A program made the translations under genes and the position numbers. A DNA stretch of 54,383 nucleotides, counting the filler, from Squatina squatina (Eukaryota), in assembly GCA_031763465.1 (NCBI GenBank). It is 3 parts of 3 records of this genome, joined end to end, with 100 filler letters (N's around TTAATTAATTAA, not from the genome) between each part and the next. Parts side by side here need not be neighbours in the genome. Positions count along the whole stretch, not along the records: positions 15,731 to 29,113 come from JARFOE010000001.1; positions 29,214 to 54,383 come from JARFOE010000234.1; 1 more part is not named here. One strand, given 5' to 3'. The notes beneath the pieces were generated by a model. That model saw only the letters and a program-made list of their open reading frames with translations, ran no database searches and was not told the origin of the DNA. Shown here in pieces: positions 24,357-35,483 of this stretch (within the stretch, counting starts at the first letter, position 1; each line of letters opens with the position of its first letter).

Positions 24357-25021
24357 GTCAAGAGCAGGGTGTAGCTTAAATCTAACCCTCCCTCGGGGAG
24401 GGAATGGAGCCGCGCGACGTCCTCTACTCCCTCAGCAGCCCAGCGAAGAACTTTCTGAGCCGGCGCCGCTCTAAAAGGTTCTCATCCTTGCCCGCGTCCA
24501 AAGTTTTGATGGCAGCGTGGACGGACGAGACGAGCAGCGCCAGCTCTGACCACCGGTCGAGGGCCAGCTGGATTTGATTGCCACGGCCGTGGCACTCAAC
24601 CAAAAAGTCCCGGAGTTCCACAAAGGGGATGAGGGGGGACTCGGTGGGAGCCACGAGGGCATCCGCCGTCTTGCCGGCGACAGAGTCCAAATCATCCCCG
24701 GTACCCTCTACCGAGCCCACGTCCTCCTCCGGGATGCCATTGCCAGCGGCCAATCAGTCCACCCCACAAGGTACGACGGACGGCTCGGCCGCGCCAGCCG
24801 AACCTACCTCTGTCCCAATCCCACCCCCAGGATCAACGGCAGAGGGGTCCTCCCTGGGCTCCTCAGGGGGTGCCGGGCCAGGAGGCGGCAGCAGTCGGGG
24901 GTCCCCCTCCGCCCCAGGCTCTGGACTGTACGGAGAGTACAGGAAGATGTCATACTCCTCCGGTGCAGCCCGCGCCGATGACAGGGACGGAGACAGGGGG
25001 CCTTCCCCCTCGCCACCACAT
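24050..25021 (-). mobile_element. Tx1-clade (L1 group) non-LTR retrotransposon fragment spanning ORF1 C-terminus and ORF2 endonuclease N-terminus
   Basis: GC-rich contig bounded by gaps. ORF1 frame (track ORFs 24754..25191 and 24424..24753 are one frame broken by stops) ends LIPFVELRDFLVECHGRGNQIQLALDRWSELALLVSSVHAAIK..ERRRLRKFF, resembling Tx1 ORF1 C-termini; ORF2 follows directly. Confidence 0.85.
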
Positions 25022-25121
25022 NNNNNNNNNNNNNNNNNNNNNNNNNNNNNNNNNNNNNNNNNNNNNNNNNNNNNNNNNNNNNNNNNNNNNNNNNNNNNNN
25101 NNNNNNNNNNNNNNNNNNNNN

Positions 25122-25191
25122 GGGTGGTGAATATAAGCTGTTGTGCCATCCTCCAGGTGTACGGCTTGTACTGCATCCGGGTCAAATTCAT
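25122..25191 (-). CDS. ZNF76: Partial exon of a Staf-family zinc-finger transcription factor (ZNF76 favoured over ZNF143), N-terminal LEDG repeat region; cut by gap
   Basis: Acceptor gtctttttgttccctag| then phase-1 reading (D)EFDPDAVQAVHLEDGTTAYIHHP, matching the repeated AVxLEDGxxAYIHH motif of ZNF76/ZNF143. DP and HHP resemble ZNF76 as recalled; paralogue assignment uncertain. The ORF track translates this stretch in another frame. Confidence 0.78.
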
Positions 25192-26066
25192 CTAGGGAAC
25201 AAAAAGACAGGGGTCACTGTCAAGGTAAAATAACAGCCAGCTTTGCAGGACTATTTTTGCACAACTATAGTAACTGCACCATAAGACAGCATGGAAACAT
25301 GACATGCCCAAGCAATTTCCAGCAAGGTCGATTATTGAAAGCTATTTTTATTTGGAGTTGCAATTAAATGATGATGCAGCAATTTCAGGCCAGTTATTTG
25401 AATCATTTCCCAACTTCAGTACCAACAGGCTTGGGACTGACATATCATTTAGTATATGGTGTTACCCCAAAGGCTAAGAGGGATTCACAAGGTACATGTC
25501 CCTGGGCTCACCATCCACTCCTCCGACATCGGCTTATTTCTTGTTCTGTATGCCCTCCACTCCACTGTCAGCAGCTATTCATTCAGCTGTAATTTGAGGA
25601 AAGTCTGGGCTTTTAATAGGCTTATGCATTAATGTTATCTTGATGACATATCCTTTCAATATTTATACATATTAATAAATGGACACATTTCATTGAAAGA
25701 GAAAGAGAAAACATTTTTATATTTTTAAAAACTAAACTAAGTAATTTCTAAAGTAATTTTAAGTAAAATAGTCAAATTAACAAAAATGAATATTATAAAT
25801 CTAACCAAGTTACCTAAATTGTAAAAAACTCATCAAAACAAAAGTTAAAGATATCTTCAATATTTCTGGAGAAACATCTGTGAAATGATCCAATTAGATG
25901 AGAATCCTGTATAGGAGCTTTCAGCAATGTCACCATAACATAGAACATCACACAAGTGTGTTCACAAGCAGTAAGCATCAGCTAAAGCATTTATTGATAA
26001 AGAGAGGAGTGACTACATTGTACATCAGATTTTCTTTGGTATATGTGCTCAGGAATAAGAAACACT

Positions 26067-26640
26067 GGGGGAGAAATTCCCCACCTTAGAGCCACCCATT
26101 AGTGCGGCGTAATGTGCAGAAAGAGGCGGCTACCGCTCTTCCGCCAACTGGTGGCAGGGCCCATGGTATCCTCCAGTTTCAAAGTCCCCATAGTGCTGCT
26201 GGTAAGTAGCATTGCACTGAAAAGAAAAATGGCGCTGTGGTGACGCATGCCGACTTAACGTCATCATGGCGAATTTCGACCTTAGTGCAGTACCCAGCGT
26301 GCAAGCAGACTGACAGAGGCACTGTCAGCACCTCTTAAAGGGACATGCATGTTTTTTAGGTAAGTTGGCATTTAAGCTACTGGACTGGGTTCTTTTAATT
26401 TTATTGAAGTAGTAGCTTGCTGCAATACATGATAAAAGTGTTATAAGTGTGTGGGGAGTGCTGCTGGATGCTTGCAAGGCCTCACATGGTAAAGGAAGGC
26501 CTCTGAGAAGATAGCAGATGCTGCAAATACTCAGCAGGTCAGGAAAATCCATAGAGAGAGAAGCAGAGTTCAAGTCTCTGGTCGAGATGCTGTGTATTTC
26601 CAGCGTTTTATGCTGTCATTTCAGATTTACAGCATCCACT
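26067..26640 (+). mobile_element. Composite Harbinger-like element end containing a Penelope-derived segment
   Basis: Starts ggggagaaattcccca; 26330-26620 aligns in reverse with 38815-39120; 26512-26635 matches the Penelope-like terminus at 50605-50710. Confidence 0.7.
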
Positions 26641-26891
26641 CACAGAGGGAAGAGGAGGAAGCAGAAGAGGAAGAAACAGAAGGAAGGATACAACCCAGAC
26701 AGCCCATTTCTTGCTGGGATATCCGGGATGAAATCAACCGCTTACGGTCTCAGTGATCACAAACCCAATTCCCCTTTCAACATTAGTCCTANNNNNNNNN
26801 NNNNNNNNNNNNNNNNNNNNNNNNNNNNNNNNNNNNNNNNNNNNNNNNNNNNNNNNNNNNNNNNNNNNNNNNNNNNNNNNNNNNNNNNNNN

Positions 26892-27240
26892 GAAGGTACA
26901 CCCACAGTGCTGTTAGGGAGGGAGTCCCAGGATTTTGACCCAGTGACAATGAAGGAACGGCGATATATTTCCAAGTCAGGATTGTGTGTATCTTGGGAGG
27001 AGAACTTGCAGATGATGGTGTTCCCATGCACCTGCTGCCCTTGCCCTTCTAGCTGATAGAGGTCACGGGTTAGGGAGGTGCTGCCAAAGAAGACTTGGTG
27101 AGTTGCTGCAGTGCATCTTATAGATGGTACTCACTGCAGCCATGGTGTGCCGGTAGTGCAGGGAGCCAATGTTTCAGGTGGTGAATGAAGTGCGAATCAA
27201 GCGGGTTGCTTTGTCCTGGCTAGAGTCAAGCTTCTTGATG
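26892..27240 (-). mobile_element. CR1-group LINE, 3' part of ORF2, decayed
   Basis: Reverse strand gives HTILTWKYIAVPS / FIVTGSKSWDSLPNSTVGV in shifting frames, typical of the ORF2 C-terminal W(N/D)SLP region. Confidence 0.75.
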
Positions 27241-27244
27241 CTCC

Positions 27245-27804
27245 TCAATGAGGCCTGAGCCTCATTTCAATAATTTAGGAGAGCTGCTGGTGCCTGTCGC
27301 ACCTCCATAGGCAGGTCACCCATGGCAGCACATGAATTTTGGACCACTTGCCTTGCCAGCAGTGGCCCTCAGGTTTTTGGTGAGGAGAAGACTGCAGAAG
27401 AGAACCGATTGCGGCTGACAGTGGCCATGAGGTGTACTGTGCAGCAGGAAGGAATACTCTCGCCTGGGTCCACATGAATTAAAAAAATATGTGAACTTAC
27501 CTTTTTGGTGGTGTCTGGTTCTTAATCCACATCCATGTCTGGATAGATAGCAGAGTAGACCCAACGCCTGCTGCACTCAGGGCAGCTCAATATCTCGGAG
27601 AGGACCTAAAACAGACGTTAGGCTCTTCAACTGCTTACAGAAGGAGTTTAACACCTGTTGTGGGTGGCGGATGCCTGAAATCTTCTAAGGTGTGGATGTT
27701 TTTTACAGGCATCCTTGAGCTATAGGGAATTGCCCTGAAAAATTGGTCTTTATTGCCCGTTTTCCAATTGGAAACTGGACGCAACGATAACTAATTTTTA
27801 CCCC
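27245..27804 (-). mobile_element. Harbinger-like non-autonomous element end
   Basis: GC-richer tract ending aatttttacccc (reverse ggggtaaaaatt), similar to other GGG-N-AATT termini in the window. Confidence 0.45.
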
Positions 27805-29113
27805 AGTTTCTCTTTGTTCATAATATATGACACATGTTTATGAACTTGATAGAAAACATGTTGCTGTGTTGCAACCCACAAAAATGTAGTGCACGGTTAT
27901 GCTTCCATCTCGAGACAGATATGTTTTCTCTAATGGTCTCAATATTGATCTGACATTCACAATTAGGCTCCTGCCATGATGTAACATATANNNNNNNNNN
28001 NNNNNNNNNNNNNNNNNNNNNNNNNNNNNNNNNNNNNNNNNNNNNNNNNNNNNNNNNNNNNNNNNNNNNNNNNNNNNNNNNNNNNNNNNNNNNNNNNNNN
28101 NNNNNNNNNNNNNNNNNNNNNNNNNNNNNNNNNNNNNNNNNNNNNNNNNNNNNNNNNNNNNNNNNNNNNNNNNNNNNNNNNNNNNNNNNNNNNNNNNNNN
28201 NNNNNNNNNNNNNNNNNNNNNNNNNNNNNNNNNNNNNNNNNNNNNNNNNNNNNNNNNNNNNNNNNNNNNNNNNNNNNNNNNNNNNNNNNNNNNNNNNNNN
28301 NNNNNNNNNNNNNNNNNNNNNNNNTTTGCTTCTTTGTAAGCACTACTCTGACACTTTCTATAACACATTGTAGCACAGATGAAGATCCTGACAAAAAGCC
28401 ACACAAGCCTAATTAAGGGTTTCTGAAGTTGTAGAAGGGATCATTACAATCAATACAACATTCCATATGTGGGCCACTTAGTCCAGTTACTCAGTAATCA
28501 TAGAAGTGAGTAGCAGTAAGTATACAAGCAAAAAAACTGATGAATTGAACATCAGACCCTGCAATTGCATTTTGATTATCCATTTTGTAATTCATAAATT
28601 TTGGGGAATAAATTGGCGCACGATGTCTCATCAATTATTTAAAAACAGTGTCTAAAAGATATGTAGTTAACAGATCAAGTAGTAACAGCAATATTATAAC
28701 TTAGCTCCCTGGAATAGCAATTATACATACATGAAGGTAATAAAAAGTCACAGAGCACTAATTAGTACGATGTCTGAGATGGACAAGCCACAGTTTATAG
28801 TTCATGATTCCTTATTAATAAATGTGGATCAATCTTAAACAATATGCAGAGGCTGCTTGTAATTTATGACTGATAAAGCTACAACAGCTGTTGAAGCATT
28901 AGGCACAGCAGCTACTAAAGTGGCTGTATGGATTACCTGTAAATGTTATGGCTTATAAACTAATTTCAAGCAGTATAAACCAGCAATTATTCTGCAAAAA
29001 TCTTGCATTATTGAAACCTAAATGGTATTTCAAAACAGTCCTATAAAATTGTACTAAGTGTGACAAAAAATATTTGGGATTTCGAAGATTCAACGGCATT
29101 GATTGATTAACCA

Positions 29114-29213
29114 NNNNNNNNNNNNNNNNNNNNNNNNNNNNNNNNNNNNNNNNNNNNTTAATTAATTAANNNNNNNNNNNNNNNNNNNNNNNNNNNNNNN
29201 NNNNNNNNNNNNN
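29114..29213. other. Artificial contig linker N44-TTAATTAATTAA-N44 (second copy)
   Basis: Same 12-mer at 29158-29169, same 44+12+44 layout. Confidence 0.95.
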
Positions 29214-29514
29214 TGCCCTGTTTAATTTGTTGTTCCCTAATGCAGCATCAAATATTCTGCGGTGTCCATTATTACTTCATTAAAGCGACTGCCTATGTTG
29301 TGCCTGTATAACTTGTATTCAAAGGTCTGAAGTAAATATTTCAAAATCCAATGCAGCCCTTCAAGGCCTCCTCCGCTTCCTGGGGTGGGGGGTGCGGGGA
29401 GGAAGTTTTACTGCTTGTACTTTATTTCACAAACCATTCAGTTCCTTAAGTGCAGAGAATGAAGATGGAGATGGGGTGAATCAGGGAAATACAATTTCCA
29501 ATGCAAAATTTACT

Positions 29515-30033
29515 ATTTTGGTTTCCCCATCCAAAGAGGATATAGAGGCACTGGAGAAGGTGCAAGAAAGATTCACAAGGATAATACCAGAGCTAAAAGG
29601 ATATACTTATTCGGAAAGGCTGAACAGGCTGGGGCTCTTTCTATTTGAAGAGAAGGCTGGGGGTTGGCCTGATCAAGATCTTCAAGATTCTGAAAGGGTT
29701 CGATAGGGTAGATGTAGAGAAAATGTTTCCACTTGTGGAGGAGACCAAAACTTAGGGTCCATAAATACAAGATAGTCACCATAAATCCAATTGGGAATTC
29801 AGGAGAAATTCCTTTACCCAAAGAGTGTTAACAATGTGGAACTTGCTACCACAAGGAGCAGTTGTGGAGAATAGCATAGATGCATTTAAGGGGAAGCACA
29901 TGAGGGAGAAAGGAATACAAGGATATGCTGATATGGTTAGATGAAGGAGGATGGGATGAGGTTTGTATGGAGCATAAACCATTTGGGCCCAACTGCCTGT
30001 TTCTGTGCTGTGGACTATGTAATTCTATGCAAT
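29515..30033 (+). mobile_element. 5'-truncated CR1 LINE (ORF2 C-terminus plus 3' UTR and tail)
   Basis: EDIEALEKVQERFTRIIPELKGYTYSERLNRLGLF then frameshifted LIKIFKILKGFDRVD; ends gggcccaactgcctgtttctgtgctgtggactatgtaattctatg. Confidence 0.9.
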
Positions 30034-30502
30034 ACATCATTCTTTAGCCAAGTGAACAGATGGGTCACCATGTAGTCAGAAACAGGCTAAGAATGCTGGA
30101 GTGTTGCACGGTATCATTCTTCCTTTGAATTTCCCTCATCCAGGTTTCTGCTTGTCATTTCTGCACAGTGACACAGCTGAAATTGGAAACTCAGGAGGTG
30201 AGGAACCATGGTCTGATCCCACTGCTCCAAGAGCCCGTGGCATTGTACACTGGTGTTCCAACCATCTGAACTTAATACAGTACAAATCTTAATTAAAACA
30301 GCACTACTACCAATTGCACAGAAAAGTGCTGTTTTTTAAATTACATGTTCACATTACTAATGAGAGAGTCTTTCAGAGGAGCAATAAAAATCCAGAACTT
30401 TGGCCCATCTTTTATTTAGAGTCTTCCAGTATCTCAACCAACTGTCCGTGTGAGTCTGGGCATTAGGGGCGGAGAGGCTATTTAATTCTGGAAGGGTTGG
30501 CA

Positions 30503-30593
30503 AGGCAGCCAAGCCTGATCCTATCCTAACCCAAAATGTACCATACATGTACACTTTCCAGTAGGAATTACTGCATCGTAACCAGGATCAGAA
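30503..30593 (-). mobile_element. MER131-like SINE fragment
   Basis: gcagccaagcctgatcctatcct..catacatgtacactttccagtagg resembles 6970-7015. Confidence 0.5.
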
Positions 30594-30644
30594 CGTGTAC
30601 TTGGCGGCAAGGCATTTTTCTTTGTTTCATTTGGGTAAACGTTG

Positions 30645-30877
30645 ACGAGAAGGATACGGGCTCACACGATCAAACTGGTGAAAGGTAAGTTTAGGACTGG
30701 CAGAAGGTTCTTCACACACTGAGTGGTTAACATCTCAAACTGACTCCCAGGTAAAAAAAAACTGGAATCATTTAGGAAACAGCTGGTGCTGCGAAGGGCA
30801 TTGTAGGCTTTTCCAGAAAGATTAAGTTCAATGAGCTGAACAGCCTTTCTTTATTCTGCAGTTTCTTACATTCTTAT
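30645..30877 (+). mobile_element. Old CR1 3' end fragment
   Basis: aaactggtgaaaggtaagtttaggact..ttcttcacacactgagtggttaacatct..aactgactccca and tail gagctgaacagcctt..ttcttacattcttat. Confidence 0.6.
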
Positions 30878-32372
30878 CACTACAAATCAATTGTTCAGAA
30901 CCCTTGTAAAATCCATTAAGTTATACAACTATCTTTTTGCTTGTTCTTATTCTTCAGAGGTTACAAGGAAGCAGTTATACTGACCTGATTAAACAGATCA
31001 CACCTTCATTGGTCAATAACACTGCGCAGCAATTTAGCTGGTGCCAGATGATTGCAATAAGCCACTAGTAAAGAAGTTGAAAATTATCACCTTCACTACC
31101 ATGTTGGCAAATGAGTACTAATAAAGGGTTCAACCTCTCTAGATTCACCATCAGTTCTACACATAAGTTGAGAACCGTCAGCCTCTAAAGGCAAAATGAG
31201 CTTTGGCACTGTCAATTCAACAGAGGCTGGAAGCTTCTACTGGGCCAATACATCCTCTCCAACTATGCTCTCTGTTGCATTTCTTTCTTCCTCTGCTCCA
31301 CACACAGATAACAGCATACCCTGAGGCCATATTGTTCTGTGTGTAGTGCCTTTGAATTACTCCTCTCTGGTTATTTGGCACTTGCTATGTTAACGGCATA
31401 GTTATTTGCACCAGCCAAAAAGCAGGGAAAATAGCACATGAGCTATGTTTTTCACCCACGCACACCTCCACACATTAGTGTGTTCAGTGATCAAAATGAC
31501 ATGTAGAACAAAGGCTTGGCCCCAAGGCAAGGTCAAAAGGGAAAAATGCAGCACTGTATAGCTCAAAATCAGCAAAAACACAATTTGCACCAATAAATCC
31601 CAAGGAACATAGGATTCCTGTAGTGAAAAATTCTGTTTGCATCCTATGTCTAAGCAAAAATTCTGTTCCATATTTGTAAAGAGTTTTTACAATTCATAGA
31701 TTTTTTCTAACATTGCAAATATAATTCATTGTCAAAATACTTAAGCTAAGAAAATTTTATCTCAATTGCATCACCCCTGCTAAGCAAACCCCTGCATGTA
31801 GTCAAATATACACCCATAGGAAATGGAGATCAGTCTAGCTGAATTTGTTCAAGCTGGGGTATCTATTAACCCTCTGAATATTGAATTATCTTTCCCATTT
31901 CAAAATATATTCTCTAACCAATGATATCTGCGAACCTGATACTCTGCACATTTTTAATAAGTCATGCTAGAGTGGAAGTACAAAAATTAGAAGATATTTT
32001 ATATTTGCAATTCAGAATTCAAAAAAGATTTTAAAAATAAGGCTTTTTTTTAACAAGATACCTGCAGCATGCATCATTTCTAATTATACAAAATGGTACT
32101 GCGCCGTACCAATAATTAATAGTCAGTATTTTTATTGCATTTTTTATATTATTGTCATTTTGAACTTGATTGTCAACATGCAGAGTTTGGTTGAAGCTGA
32201 GAACCAGGCCCATGCACCTTTCAGTTTTTAATAAACAAAGTGCGGTTGTCCTCAGTACAGTGTTACTGCACTNNNNNNNNNNNNNNNNNNNNNNNNNNNN
32301 NNNNNNNNNNNNNNNNNNNNNNNNNNNNNNNNNNNNNNNNNNNNNNNNNNNNNNNNNNNNNNNNNNNNNNNN

Positions 32373-32750
32373 CGGTGCACAAATGAGCAATTAAATGTCA
32401 GTTTCAGGTCAAACATCCCAAAATGTCCGAAATCAATATGGCGCCCATGATGCGTATTTTATGTAGGGGTACGCTGCCTGTGACTAGCTGGGCAGCACCA
32501 CGATTTCAGTGCAGTCCCAGCACCCCCCTGTTACATCGGGGGCACCGACCAATTCACCAGGACATTGAAGAAAATCGTTGTGGCACACAGTGATGACTTC
32601 ACAATCACCGTGCGCCACCGCTAATCGCACCCCCGGCAGTAAACACCAAAAAATCTTTAACTTCAAAAAATTGGCAGACCCATTCCGCAACTGGCACTCC
32701 TAATGTCATGTTTGCGCCGATTTTTCACAATTTCAAAGAGACCAATTGGG
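32373..32750 (-). mobile_element. Harbinger-like element end related to the 3301/35483 family
   Basis: CpG-rich tract from gap ending gagaccaattggg. Confidence 0.55.
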
Positions 32751-35170
32751 AAAATCTGTTTTGCTAATTAAACATACTTACAATGCGATGATATAAATTA
32801 CATCAGAAGTCCTCAGCTTTGTATAACCTTATCAGAAAGGAATTGATCGGTGGGTCTTCTGGCTATTCCTTCTTCCCAAATTAAAAAAAGTTTATCTGAC
32901 GCATTGTCCTTAAATCATTGCTTCTTAAATTTTGAATAGGCTTAAATATGAAAGACAAATATTCCACACAGAAATTTGCCAACATTGCCATTATTGAGCT
33001 TTCCAAAAAATTCCAGTCAGACTAAATTTTCTAAAGAGCCACCATTTGTTTGGTTCCAGAGGAAAGCAAATTATTTTAACAAGGTTTTTTACATCTTTGT
33101 TGAATGGCAGCAAGACTTATGAGCTCTTTTCTAAAATAAAAACACTAAGCAACAATTCAACATCTTGTTCGCTCACGTCAGTGGCAAATATTTGATAGAT
33201 CTGACAAACAGCTGTATAACTTAAAACTACAAAAAAAGGTTACCAAAAGAATTTTGTTTTAACCAAAGTTTTAAAGAGACACTGTAACACTGACTTGAAA
33301 GAAGCTTCCTTGATCGTTGCAGCCTTACCGATATGCTTTATTATGCAGTTTGAAAAAGAAGTAAAAGTTATTGTCTTAAAATCTTTTAAAACTAAAGACA
33401 AGTGTTGAAGAAATAGTAGCAACTCTGCACACACCTACCTTAAACACCTCAGCTGGCCTCAGCATATGTGATGATCACAGCATCCTATACTTGTCGCAAA
33501 ATAGCCATTCCTGCTTACATGAGAGATTATGTCTCCATTTTCTTATCTATTATTATCTGAAATTTTTGTACATCCAAGTCTTGTAGTGCCAAAAGCCACA
33601 TTCTAATGTATACTATCATAACTGTTGTTTGCCACAGACCAGAGCTGTACATGTGAACATTTATCTAATTCAAGCAGACTACAGTGACTGGATTACAACA
33701 TCCTAGGTTTCAACCAGCTAACAGAATTAATAGTCAATCCCATTATAAATGTCATCTACTGAAACTCAGTTAGTCAATTTAAAGATGAGTGTTACAATAG
33801 CAGGACCAAAGAAATGAAAGCTTTTTGAAAGGTTCAAAAAATAGTCAACCAATAGTCACCATTGCCAAGGCTGAAGAAGGAGCGGAACTTAAGATATGAC
33901 AGACAAAAATGAAGGGAAAGGAAACCCTCTGTACAGGCTTGAGTCTGCAGGCGCAGTCCAGCACTCAAACCCAGATTGACAGCTGCTGAAGTGGAGGATG
34001 TCCTCGGTGCCACTCCATGATGCATCCCCATAGGTGTGTTCCATCATGCCGAGGAGGAGGTTGGGGACACGCTTCAGTCAGCAGCTGTTCCAGTCACAGC
34101 TGGAACNNNNNNNNNNNNNNNNNNNNNNNNNNNNNNNNNNNNNNNNNNNNNNNNNNNNNNNNNNNNNNNNNNNNNNNNNNNNNNNNNNNNNNNNNNNNNN
34201 NNNNNNNNNNNNNNNNNNNNNNNNNNNNNNNNNNNNNNNNNNNNNNNNNNNNNNNNNNNNNNNNNNNNNNNNNNNNNNNNNNNNNNNNNNNNNNNNNNNN
34301 NNNNNNNNNNNNNNNNNNNNNNNNNNNNNNNNNNNNNNNNNNNNNNNNNNNNNNNNNNNNNNNNNNNNNNNNNNNNNNNNNNNNNNNNNNNNNNNNNNNN
34401 NNNNNNNNNNNNNNNNNNNNNNNNNNNNNNNNNNNNNNNNNNNNNNNNNNNNNNNNNNNNNNNNNNNNNNNNNNNNNNNNNNNNNNNNNNNNNNNNNNNN
34501 NNNNNNNNNNNNNNNNNNNNNNNNNNNNNNNNNNNNNNNNNNNNNNNNNNNNNNNNNNNNNNNNNNNNNNNNNNNNNNNNNNNNNNNNNNNNNNNNNNNN
34601 NNNNNNNNNNNNNNNNNNNNNNNNNNNNNNNNNNNNNNNNNNNNNNNNNNNNNNNNNNNNNNNNNNNNNNNNNNNNNNNNNNNNNNNNNNNNNNNNNNNN
34701 NNNNNNNNNNNNNNNNNNNNNNNNNNNNNNNNNNNNNNNNNNNNNNNNNNNNNNNNNNNNNNNNNNNNNNNNNNNNNNNNNNNNNNNNNNNNNNNNNNNN
34801 NNNNNNNNNNNNNNNNNNNNNNNNNNNNNNNNNNNNNNNNNNNNNNNNNNNNNNNNNNNNNNNNNNNNNNNNNNNNNNNNNNNNNNNNNNNNNNNNNNNN
34901 NNNNNNNNNNNNNNNNNNNNNNNNNNNNNNNNNNNNNNNNNNNNNNNNNNNNNNNNNNNNNNNNNNNNNNNNNNNNNNNNNNNNNNNNNNNNNNNNNNNN
35001 NNNNNNNNNNNNNNNNNNNNNNNNNNNNNNNNNNNNNNNNNNNNNNNNNNNNNNNNNCCACAAAGACATGAGAATGCAACTCCAATTCAGAAAGATACGT
35101 CACACAAATAGCAACGCAATGGTGACACCCCTGAGAGACACTTTGACCCCTGTCCAGAATTACTGATTTA

Positions 35171-35483
35171 AAATGACTGCCAGCCAGGCTCCTTTAAATA
35201 CCACCATAATGGACAAGATGGAGCTGGTCTGCGCTGAGAAATCCTGGCACAGGCTGCGCCCCCTTTCTATGATGGGGACGCAGACCAATTCTCCGAGTGT
35301 GGTGCAGACCCGGCGGTGCGCAGGCTGATGACATCATAGACGCCTCCCGCCGCCACAACTCTCGGCGCCCAGCCTCAACGCTGTTTTCACACCAGTATGA
35401 GGCACTTCCGAATTCCACGCTATCTGGAGCAGCTGCCATTTCGCGCCCGATTGGCACCGGACTTCACACACCAATTGGGCCCC
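35171..35483 (-). mobile_element. Second copy of the same Harbinger-like element end
   Basis: Ends ccaattgggcccc (35471-35483), exact reverse complement of 3301-3313; shared internal blocks gatga(c/t)atca, gaattggtc, aaaggggc, ttaaagg..ggc..cattt. Confidence 0.7.

Noticed and set aside
24574-25195. Plus-strand ORFs of 135 and 205 aa
   Set aside because: Antisense shadows of the GC-rich Tx1 ORF1; the longer one crosses a gap.
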